26,544 nucleotides of DNA, from NCBI GenBank assembly GCA_963843375.1, contig CAWJKT010000024.1, forward strand, positions 1 through 26,544, given 5' to 3'. Of the stretch, positions 11,274 to 19,033 are shown piece after piece; position 1 is the first letter of the stretch, and every line of letters starts with the position of its first letter. Under the pieces are notes generated by a model. The model was not told the origin of the DNA and did no database searches. It worked only from the letters and a program-made list of their open reading frames with translations. The DNA comes from an uncultured Pseudomonadota bacterium. Lineage in GTDB: Bacteria > Oederibacteriota > Muellerivitia > Muellerivitales > Muellerivitaceae. The translations under genes were made by a program, and so were the position numbers.

Positions 11274-11600
11274 GTGGCCGAAGGTGCCAAGCAGCGTATA
11301 CGTATCCGGCTGAAGGCTTACGACCACGAGGTCATAGACCAGTCGACCAAAAAGATCGTGGAGACGGTCCTGCGCACCCAAGCGAAGGTGCGCGGCCCCG
11401 TCCCCTTGCCGACTGAGATCAACCGTTTCACGGTGATCCGCAGCCCTCACAAGTACAAGGACAGCCGCGAGCACTTCGAGATGCGGGTCCACAAGCGGCT
11501 CCTCGACATCGTCGAGCACACCTCGAAGACAGTTGACTCGCTCCAGCGCATCGAGCTCCCTGCCGGCGTCGACATCGAGATCAAGATACAAAGCGCCTAG
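11274..11600 (+). CDS. rpsJ: 30S ribosomal protein S10
   Basis: [50 protein letters not shown]. Confidence 0.98.
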   Translation: MAEGAKQRIRIRLKAYDHEVIDQSTKKIVETVLRTQAKVRGPVPLPTEINRFTVIRSPHKYKDSREHFEMRVHKRLLDIVEHTSKTVDSLQRIELPAGVDIEIKIQSA

Positions 11601-11741
11601 CCGCTTTGGGCTAGCAAAGTGGCCGGGCGCGGTAGCCCGTCCCCTCACGCCGAACAGGACGATGAGGGGCCGTTGCCACCACGCCCGGCCATTACATTTA
11701 GCGGCCGCTGGTCGTCCCAGCCGAGGTCAACTCGTCGCCGG

Positions 11742-11759
11742 TGCCATAATCGTGGGATG
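11742..11759 (+). promoter_or_regulatory. Extended -10 element (TGcCATAAT) positioned for a leaderless transcript
   Basis: CATAAT at 11745-11750 followed by 6 nt and the ATG at 11757; no strong Shine-Dalgarno. Confidence 0.55.
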
Positions 11760-12266
11760 ACGGCGGCGTTTGACGAAGCGGACCGCGCAGAGCTACTCGA
11801 GGCGCTCGCCTACCAGCGAGCCTCGGTGCGTTCGATTGTGGACGGGCTGGACGAGGAGGCCTGGCACACCTCGGTCGTGCCATCCGGGTGGACCCCGGCC
11901 GGGCTTGTCGCCCACCTCGGGGGGGCCGAGCGGCACTGGACCGGCGTGATCGTCGACGACGACCCAGGTCATCCCTTCGACGAGGACCGGGCGGTGTACG
12001 ACCCGAAGGCCGCCTTCGTCACCGACTGGCCGTCGACCAAGGTCCTGGCCTACTACCAGGACCAGACCAATCGCACGGACGACACGCTCGCGGTCACGGC
12101 GCTCGGCGCGGCTCCCCTGGGCCACCACGGCGGGCCCGACAGTTACCAGCCGCGCAGCGTCCGCGCGATCGTGCTCCACCTGATCGAGGAAACGGCCTCC
12201 CACTCGGGGCACCTTGAGATCGCTCGCGAGCTCATGGACGGACGCACCGGGCTGGGCCTGCGCTAA
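11757..12266 (+). CDS. DinB/DUF664-like protein (DinB superfamily, putative thiol S-transferase)
   Basis: ERA-like start DRAELLEALAYQRASV..DGL, VPSGWTPAGLVAHLGGAERHW, IVLHLIEETASHSGHLEIARELMDGRTG, with the His pattern typical of actinobacterial DinB proteins. Confidence 0.85.
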   Translation: MTAAFDEADRAELLEALAYQRASVRSIVDGLDEEAWHTSVVPSGWTPAGLVAHLGGAERHWTGVIVDDDPGHPFDEDRAVYDPKAAFVTDWPSTKVLAYYQDQTNRTDDTLAVTALGAAPLGHHGGPDSYQPRSVRAIVLHLIEETASHSGHLEIARELMDGRTGLGLR

Positions 12267-12292
12267 TAGCTCTTCCGACAACCAGTCGCTTT

Positions 12293-12642
12293 AGGTTTTG
12301 GCTGTGACACCGCATAATTCCAGGGTATTGATCTTGTCCGACGCTGATTCAAGTGTCGCGGGCATTGATGACCGGTCCCGGGTAACGGGTATCGTGCTGG
12401 GAACAGGGCGCAGCCAATTGAAGTTCGGTTACGTGAGCGCGGGAGAGGATGTCCAAAAAGACGACGTGATTGTCTCCTCGGGGATGGGAGGCGTTTTTCC
12501 CAAAGGTTACGCTATTGGCACGGTGGTCAAGAAAACCGAAACGGAAAACGGCCTGAACATGGAGATCGAGATCCAGCCCGCTGTGGAAGTTCCCGCGCTG
12601 GATTACGTTTTTATATTGCCGCCAGTGGATGTTTTCGAGTAA
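12293..12642 (+). CDS. mreC: Rod shape-determining protein MreC, C-terminal fragment (5' part missing at the junction)
   Basis: SRVLILSDADSSV, GIVLGTG, VQKDDVIVSSGMGGVFPKGYAIGTV, IQPAVEVPALDYVFIL. An in-frame TAG at 12292-12294 precedes it, and the TM and coiled-coil N-terminus are absent. Confidence 0.92.
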
Positions 12643-12804
12643 GGATTTAAAGTTCGTCTTCAAGTGAACCTTCATTTGGTTCAATGGAGAAATTTCTTCT
12701 CTAAATGAACAAGCCGAATTCATCTTCAAGATTGTCGGGATTACAGCCTCTTTGGGTAGCCCAGTTCAGGGTTTAGAAGTAAATTGGCTTAAAAGGAACC
12801 CCTC

Positions 12805-13155
12805 GTGAACCGTCTTGTTTTAAAAAATCACCCTGGCATGGCCAATACATCGGTCACCGTCATTAGTTTGGAAGGCGAGCTGGATACGAATACGGTCTCG
12901 GAATTTGAAACTTTACTTCAAGAATTATTCAATCAAAAGCGTTTTAAGATCGTCCTGGATATGAAAAACCTGGCTTATATTTCCAGCAGCGGTTTCGGGA
13001 TGCTTGCCGGAGTCATCCAAAATGTAAGGGCAAATAAGGGGGACATTAAGATCGCAGACGTGCCCCCGGAAATTAAAGAAGTCCTTCAAATGCTGGAGTT
13101 TCACATATTTTTTAAAATCTTTAAAACCGAAGATGAAGCGGTAAGGGCATTTTAA
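12805..13155 (+). CDS. STAS-domain anti-sigma factor antagonist (SpoIIAA/RsbV-like)
   Basis: VISLEGELDTNT, IVLDMKNLAYISSSGFGML (candidate phospho-Ser), GDIKIA, FKIFKTEDEAVRAF; AAGGA upstream. Confidence 0.92.
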   Translation: MNRLVLKNHPGMANTSVTVISLEGELDTNTVSEFETLLQELFNQKRFKIVLDMKNLAYISSSGFGMLAGVIQNVRANKGDIKIADVPPEIKEVLQMLEFHIFFKIFKTEDEAVRAF

Positions 13156-13291
13156 AAGGGCCTTTTTCAGGTTCTTATGCCAAAAGCGCTAACGAAAAAA
13201 GTATTAATTTGAATATTTCCCTTAAAAAAACCGGGTTTTTTATTAAGATAATCCCGTTTATTAAGGGACGCACTTTACTGAAGGGGCTTTC

Positions 13292-14071
13292 ATGACAAAA
13301 ATTCTTTTGCTGTCGCTGATCCTATTCATTCCGGCCGGGTTTCTAAAGGCCTCCACCGAAGCCATCTTCACTTCTGTTACCGGCAAGGTTGAAATTAAGG
13401 GGGAAAAAGGCCACAAGACCCGGTTGGTCCATAAAGACGCTACGGTGTTGGAAGGTCAGAGTATCGTAACCGGCGCCGACGCCAAGGCCACCCTGCAAAC
13501 TTTCGACGGATCCGAAATCCAAATCAGCTCCAACACGGAGTTTAGGCTGGAAAAGCTTCAGCAACTCGGCACTCAGGACAAAATTATCCAGTTTAAATTG
13601 GCGGTGGGAAAACTTTTCGCCAGTGTGAACAAATTATTTTCTTCGAGGTCCTCTTTCGAGATCGAAGCCGGGGGTGTCGTTTGCGGAGTCCGGGGAACCA
13701 AGTACTCGGTATTTACCGATCCTTCTACCGGAAAGGTCGACGTGGTGGTGACGGAAGGGACCGTTTGGACTACTGCGGATGGACAGACCCATGAATTCCA
13801 CGGAGGGCAGGAGGGCATCTACCTCAATGGAAACTGGACCTTTCTTCCGCCGCCGTCAGCTGTTGGAAAGCCGGGTGGCATAGGTTTTATCACTTCCAAT
13901 CCTTTTTACGGTTTCAACGGGACGGGTTCGGATGATTTCAACAACCCCCTGACCGATCTCCCTGGCGGGATCGATGGGATTACGGGCCACATTAAGGGTG
14001 ACGGCGTCGTGGGTTTGGGAGCCCATAATATCCTGAATTTGCAGTTGGGATTTCCCCAATATCTTCCCTAA
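13292..14071 (+). CDS. Exported FecR-domain protein
   Basis: Signal peptide MTKILLLSLILFIPAGFLKA; FecR-type motifs IVTGADAKATLQTFDGSEIQISSNT, LAVGKL, FEIEAGGVVCGVRGTKYSV, VVVTEGTV; Gly/Pro-rich C-terminal tail. Confidence 0.85.
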   Translation: MTKILLLSLILFIPAGFLKASTEAIFTSVTGKVEIKGEKGHKTRLVHKDATVLEGQSIVTGADAKATLQTFDGSEIQISSNTEFRLEKLQQLGTQDKIIQFKLAVGKLFASVNKLFSSRSSFEIEAGGVVCGVRGTKYSVFTDPSTGKVDVVVTEGTVWTTADGQTHEFHGGQEGIYLNGNWTFLPPPSAVGKPGGIGFITSNPFYGFNGTGSDDFNNPLTDLPGGIDGITGHIKGDGVVGLGAHNILNLQLGFPQYLP

Positions 14072-14125
14072 GAGTTGTTAATGAAAATCGCGAGATACAT
14101 TTTAGGCTTTAAGGAAAGAGATTTA

Positions 14126-15310
14126 ATGAACTTCAGAATAATTAGATTGAGCATGTTATGGGTGCTGGGGCTGTTTTTATCCTTAGGCTTGGCCTGGGCT
14201 GATCAAGAGGAACTTCAACTGGGCTATGTGTACGATTCCTGGACCAGCAATTCACTCTTTCATGGGACGGAAAACCGCGTTCCCTTGGGATATTATTTTT
14301 CCTCGCCCAATTTGACCCTTTCCTTGACCACTGCTTTTGTCGCGGGAGATTACATTGATGACGCGGACGCGAGCCAGGGTCTCACTGGAGCGGAATACAA
14401 ATCCAGCCAATTTTCCGACACTGACTTGGGGGTTAACTGGACCTTGGATATGGGAAATTCTTTTCGGTCCAACTTCTTTGGGACACTCAACTTTCCCACG
14501 GGTGATAACCGATGGGAGCTTGCGGAACAAAACTTGAATATCCCCTATTTTATTTTTGAGCCGAGCTTTTACCGCGGCGGGGGTTGGGGTGGAAATATAT
14601 TTTATACTCTTTCCAGAACTACCGCTGACCTCTCATACGGCTTTGGCGGAGGCTTCATGTCCACGAGCGTTTATGATACGACTCTATCAACGGAAGGTAC
14701 CTTCAGTCCCGGCAATAACGTTGTAGCTCTCGCTACCCTGGGTTTCCGAATGTCTAGCGTGGACACATGGGGATTCCGCGCGGTGCACAATTTTCCTTTG
14801 GAATCCTCCTACGCCGACCCCAGCGAGGATTTTACTGAGGGCGCGAGCTCTATCCTCACTTCCCAATGGATCAGCCAGATGGGGAAGGACAAACTGGTTG
14901 TAAATGTCTCTTACACTTTCTACAACGAAGGTTCTATGGCCCAACTCTTGTTCCCTTATGCACTTGAACAAGATCCTGGGGCTTATTTCGGTGATCGTTT
15001 AGAAATCCATCCTGTGATGGGTTATTCAGTTGGCTCGGAGGTTGTTTTGGAGTCTGGGTTGATTTGGGACAGGATTCAGCCTAACGGATATCCTCAAATC
15101 ACTCCTTCAGGGGCAGCTGACGAATATGAAGGCGGCGGAAACCTTCTGGGAGCCGAACAAAGCATCACCTTTCAACTCTCTCCGGGGACCTTTTGGAACA
15201 TTGCGGGGCTCTATCATTACATCGCCAACAACAATGCCGGGTTAAATAACCAAACTACGATTACTTATCAGCGGTTTACTTTAGGAACAAATGTGGGGGT
15301 CAAATGGTGA
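14126..15310 (+). CDS. Putative outer-membrane beta-barrel protein (possibly MetA-pathway/SphA-like transporter family)
   Basis: Signal peptide ending AWA/DQEE; many amphipathic aromatic strands; FSDTDLGVNW and GTLNFPTG motifs; C-terminal beta-signal-like RFTLGTNVGVKW. ATG at 14126 follows AAGGAAAGAG. Confidence 0.7.
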   Translation: MNFRIIRLSMLWVLGLFLSLGLAWADQEELQLGYVYDSWTSNSLFHGTENRVPLGYYFSSPNLTLSLTTAFVAGDYIDDADASQGLTGAEYKSSQFSDTDLGVNWTLDMGNSFRSNFFGTLNFPTGDNRWELAEQNLNIPYFIFEPSFYRGGGWGGNIFYTLSRTTADLSYGFGGGFMSTSVYDTTLSTEGTFSPGNNVVALATLGFRMSSVDTWGFRAVHNFPLESSYADPSEDFTEGASSILTSQWISQMGKDKLVVNVSYTFYNEGSMAQLLFPYALEQDPGAYFGDRLEIHPVMGYSVGSEVVLESGLIWDRIQPNGYPQITPSGAADEYEGGGNLLGAEQSITFQLSPGTFWNIAGLYHYIANNNAGLNNQTTITYQRFTLGTNVGVKW

Positions 15311-16405
15311 AAAAAACTTTATTCTCGCTGTTAGCCGGGATTTCAATTCTGATTGGATCAATGGAAGGATGCAATAAACCTGCGAATCCGGTGGTTCCCG
15401 CGAACTCGTCGGTTCTGAACCTGGTGATCCCTTCGAAAATCCTGAATTTCAAACCCTCGGCTAAAGCGTTGAAATCGATCGCTAAGGACGCCGTACCCGA
15501 TTCCAGCGAGGGCGCTTTTGAATATTATTTAGTCACGGCGGGGGAAGCCCCGGTAACGGGTGTGGTCATATTCAACAGCGGTTCCAACGTGGGGAGTATC
15601 TTCATCAACCTTCCCAAGGCGGGAAATTGGCTGGTTTCGGGCGAATGGTTTACCATTAGTAACCCCAACGCGGGTTTCAAACCTACTCCGAAGTTGGTTG
15701 TTCCGGGTTTGAACGCTGCCCCAGAATTCGTCGGCGCCGATATGGTCAACATCCAGGGAACCACCTCTTTCACTTTGAACATGGAAGATATCGGTGTTGG
15801 GGGAGGTGAAGACACTTGTTATCAAGGAACTCTCCACCGATCCCACGGATTGTGATTACCTTCTCAATGGCGTTTGGGTGGACCTATTTACTTTCAATAC
15901 CGGACTCGAGTCGGCTTCGCCGACGGGCGGGATTGGAGATATACAGGCGCTGTACGATCCCGTCACCACTAATTCGACTTATCTTGGTAGTGACACCGGG
16001 TCGACCTACGCTTATCTTGGAAACGGGGATTTGGTGAATTTCCCTGTTGTCCCAAGTGACGCCGTTTTTTATCCCAACACTGTGGCGGCGAAAGCCGCGG
16101 TAGTTGGATCGGCCGCCGCGTCGATCACGGTTAACGATATATTCGCCGTTAAAGTTCCTTCATCCAATGCCTTGGTTTGGCTTCAGGTCTGGATCGATAA
16201 TAACGCGTGCGGCGGAGCGACCAACAGTTCCTTAATGCAGTTTTGGTTTGTTTATCAAAACGAGGGATTGAACTACATGAAGTTCGACCAAACGGCCAAT
16301 GGCGCGGCCAATTGCAATCAAAATAATATCGTGGGTACGGCTCGGGTAACCGGGTTCGAATTACTTTTAGTTTCAGAAACATTTTTTTACCTGATCGACT
16401 TCTAA
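15304..16405 (+). CDS. Putative lipoprotein, two beta-rich domains; one extra base near 15833
   Basis: MVKK, hydrophobic stretch, then SMEG/C; start overlaps the barrel gene end. ORFs 15304..15855 and 15794..16405 join as CYQGTLTDPTDCDY after removing one C. The exact C-terminus is uncertain. Confidence 0.7.
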
Positions 16406-16494
16406 AACTAAAATATTCCTAGGGCTTTTCAGGATATTTTGGCAATTCCCGCCTTCCATCCTAATTAAAACGATCCTAAACTGCGATTGTCGAC

Positions 16495-16527
16495 AACCAT
16501 CCCGGAGTGGATGGTTAAATTTTTTTT
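16495..16527 (+). terminator. Intrinsic terminator-like hairpin just upstream of mreD
   Basis: AACCATCC-cggagt-GGATGGTT perfect 8-bp stem, then AAA and T8 (16520-16527). Confidence 0.55.
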
Positions 16528-16544
16528 GAAAAGAATTATTTGAA

Positions 16545-17027
16545 ATGAAAGTTTCCCGACAAACGATCTGGATATTCATCCTTTTATTTATCCAGCAGCT
16601 TCCGGCCGTTTCCGCCTGGGGCATCGATTTGCCCCTTTTGTTCGTCATCCTTACGAGTTTGAGAACAACAGTACCGAAAGCCGCAGGTTGGGGTTTTCTC
16701 CTGGGGTTAGTCCAGGATATGTTGTCCACCTCTTGGATTGGCCCTAATACCATCGCAAAAACCTTAACCGGAATACTTTCCTCCGCTTCTAAAAGGCTCA
16801 TCTACCGGGAGCGGGTTTCGACCCAGACCTTTCTGATTTTTTGGGCCACGCTTTTTCATGAGGCAATCATTTGGTGGATGTTGAAATGGGATGGCTCGGC
16901 TCCGCAAGCCAGGGATGCCCTCTGGATATGCCTTCGGGCGGTCCTGAATACAACCCTGGCAGGTGTGGTGGTTAGCTTCTTCGTGGTTCGGTTCCGTCGT
17001 AGGCGGTTCGATCCGGCAACGGCTTGA
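16545..17027 (+). CDS. mreD: Rod shape-determining protein MreD
   Basis: Hydrophobic 160 aa with DLPLLFVI, GFLLGLVQDML..IG motifs; directly upstream of the PBP2 gene. Confidence 0.88.
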   Translation: MKVSRQTIWIFILLFIQQLPAVSAWGIDLPLLFVILTSLRTTVPKAAGWGFLLGLVQDMLSTSWIGPNTIAKTLTGILSSASKRLIYRERVSTQTFLIFWATLFHEAIIWWMLKWDGSAPQARDALWICLRAVLNTTLAGVVVSFFVVRFRRRRFDPATA

Positions 17028-17127
17028 AGTTATCATATTTCTAATGATGGTTATTTTAGGAAGATGAAAAAATCCATTATTTAAAATTAAAAATTGGGAA
17101 ATCTCGATAGTTTTTTAGGAGTGGCAA

Positions 17128-18993
17128 GTGGCGATGAAGTTTCCGCGGGGAAAATTTGGGGGTTCAAATGAAAAAAAATTAGGCCTTTTGTTCGGCTTTG
17201 TGACCTTTGCTTTTGCCGGGATTTTCCTGAAGCTTTTTTACCTTCAAATCCTGAATTACCCCCTTTACAGGGGTCTTTCCGACACCAACAGCCTGCGGCT
17301 GATTCCCCAAAGGGCCCCGCGGGGCCTGATCACTGATCGCAACAATGAGGTTCTGGCAACCAACGTTCCAACTTACTCGTTGTTTTTGGTTCCTGCGGAC
17401 ATCAAAACTTACAGTTCCACCTTATTGCGTCTCAGCCAAATACTAGAGGAGCCCCTTTCCTCCCTGGAAGACCTGGTGGAAAGCAGGCGCCAGCGGAGGA
17501 GATTCGAGCCGATACGTCTTCAATCCCACCTGGACGAGGAATTGGTGGCCAAGATTGAGGAGAACCGCGTCCATTTACCGGGTGTTTATGTCCAAATGGA
17601 GCCGGAACGCTATTATCCTCATGGTGACTTGGCTTCTCATGTACTTGGATACATCGGCGAGATCAGCGAGGACGATCTCACGCGTTTGAGGGACAACGGC
17701 TACGCGGAGGGCGACTTGGTCGGGAAAAAGGGCGTCGAGCGGACCTACGACCAGATCCTGCGGGGCCGGAACGGGGGCGTGGAAGTGGAAGTGGACGCCT
17801 CTGGAACCCAACGTCGAACATTGGCTTACCGAGATCCCGTACAGGGCCAAACCCTAAAACTCACCCTGGATTGGAAGCTCCAAAAACTGGCCGAGGATTT
17901 GATGGGGGATCAGGTTGGTTCCATCATCGTCACTAATCCGCAGACAGGAGAGATTTTGGCGCTGGTCAGCCGTCCTAATTTTGATCCTAATTCATTCGTC
18001 AGCGGTATTTCTTACAAAGAATGGAACGAATTGCTGAAGGACAAGAATCATCCGTTGGAAAACCGCGCCATCCAGGGCCAGTATCCGCCGGGCTCCATTT
18101 TTAAGTTAGTAACCGCCCTTGCGGCGCTGGAAGGCAATGTCGTGGACCTGAACAAGGTCTTTCTGTGCCGGGGAATCTATTGGTATACCGTTTGGCCCTA
18201 CCGCTGTTGGAAAATCTCGGGGCATGGCTGGGTCAATATGGAACGGGCTATCATCGAATCCTGCGATATTTATTTTTACCAGTTGGGACTGCTGGTAAAA
18301 ATCGACAAGATTTACCACATGGCTCGGGAATTGGGGCTGGGAAGCAAGACGAAAATTGACCTGGATTCGGAAGTGCCGGGACTGGTGCCCAATTCCCGTT
18401 GGAAGGAAAGCACCCAACACATGCCTTGGTTCCCAGGGGACACCATCCATATGAGTTTTGGACAAGGGTATCTTTTAACCACGCCGCTTCAAATGCTGGA
18501 TGTCACTTCCACCCTGGCTATGGACGGAAAGCTTTACCGTCCACATTTGATGTACCGGGTGGTTGACCGGACTACCGGCAGGACCCTCTTCGAAAAGCAA
18601 CCGGAACTTTCTCAGGAAGCGGATATCACCCAGCCCCACTTGGACTTCATCAAGGCCACCATGGAAAAGGTGGTCAGTACCGCCAACGGGACCGGGAAAA
18701 AAGCCCGAATTAATGGAATTCGAGTCGCGGGAAAAACCGGAACGTCCGAAAATCCGCATGGGGACACCCACGCTTGGTTCACCTCCTTTGCCCCGGCTGA
18801 AGACCCGAAAGTGGCGGTCATCGTGTTGGTGGAAAATGGCGGGGAAGGGGGCGTTGTTTCGGCTCCCATCGCCAAAAGGTTGATGGAGTTGGAGCTTGGA
18901 CAGGAAGTGACTCCCTGGCAGACTCCCACTCCGGTAGTGGCTTCCAGCACGCCTGTTCCCACGCCCACGACCATCATAGGGGTGGCTCCATGA
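17128..18993 (+). CDS. mrdA: Penicillin-binding protein 2 (class B PBP)
   Basis: N-terminal TM, LQI..APRGLITDRN, RYYP, GKKGVE, YPPGSIFK (SxxK), SCD (SxD, typical of PBP2), AGKTGT; lies between mreD and rodA. Confidence 0.96.
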   Translation: MAMKFPRGKFGGSNEKKLGLLFGFVTFAFAGIFLKLFYLQILNYPLYRGLSDTNSLRLIPQRAPRGLITDRNNEVLATNVPTYSLFLVPADIKTYSSTLLRLSQILEEPLSSLEDLVESRRQRRRFEPIRLQSHLDEELVAKIEENRVHLPGVYVQMEPERYYPHGDLASHVLGYIGEISEDDLTRLRDNGYAEGDLVGKKGVERTYDQILRGRNGGVEVEVDASGTQRRTLAYRDPVQGQTLKLTLDWKLQKLAEDLMGDQVGSIIVTNPQTGEILALVSRPNFDPNSFVSGISYKEWNELLKDKNHPLENRAIQGQYPPGSIFKLVTALAALEGNVVDLNKVFLCRGIYWYTVWPYRCWKISGHGWVNMERAIIESCDIYFYQLGLLVKIDKIYHMARELGLGSKTKIDLDSEVPGLVPNSRWKESTQHMPWFPGDTIHMSFGQGYLLTTPLQMLDVTSTLAMDGKLYRPHLMYRVVDRTTGRTLFEKQPELSQEADITQPHLDFIKATMEKVVSTANGTGKKARINGIRVAGKTGTSENPHGDTHAWFTSFAPAEDPKVAVIVLVENGGEGGVVSAPIAKRLMELELGQEVTPWQTPTPVVASSTPVPTPTTIIGVAP

Positions 18994-19033
18994 GAAAAAA
19001 TCAATACTATTGCCGATGCCTCTTGGAGTTAAA

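Noticed and set aside
7842..11290. Long antisense ORFs (736 aa and 385 aa) opposite fusA and tuf
   Set aside because: Typical shadow ORFs of GC-rich, codon-biased genes; no recognisable motifs.
12269..12278. GCTCTTCCGA near the junction resembles the Illumina adapter core GCTCTTCCGATCT
   Set aside because: Only 10 nt match, the next bases diverge, and it lies about 15 nt from the apparent breakpoint; likely chance.
12730..12770. c-di-GMP-I riboswitch-like fragments (GGGA..AGCCTC..GGTAGC)
   Set aside because: Lacks the GCAAA junction segments, the GNRA-capped P2 and a full P3.
13244..13262. Fur box upstream of the FecR gene
   Set aside because: Only one GATAAT half-site; no matching 7-1-7 inverted repeat.
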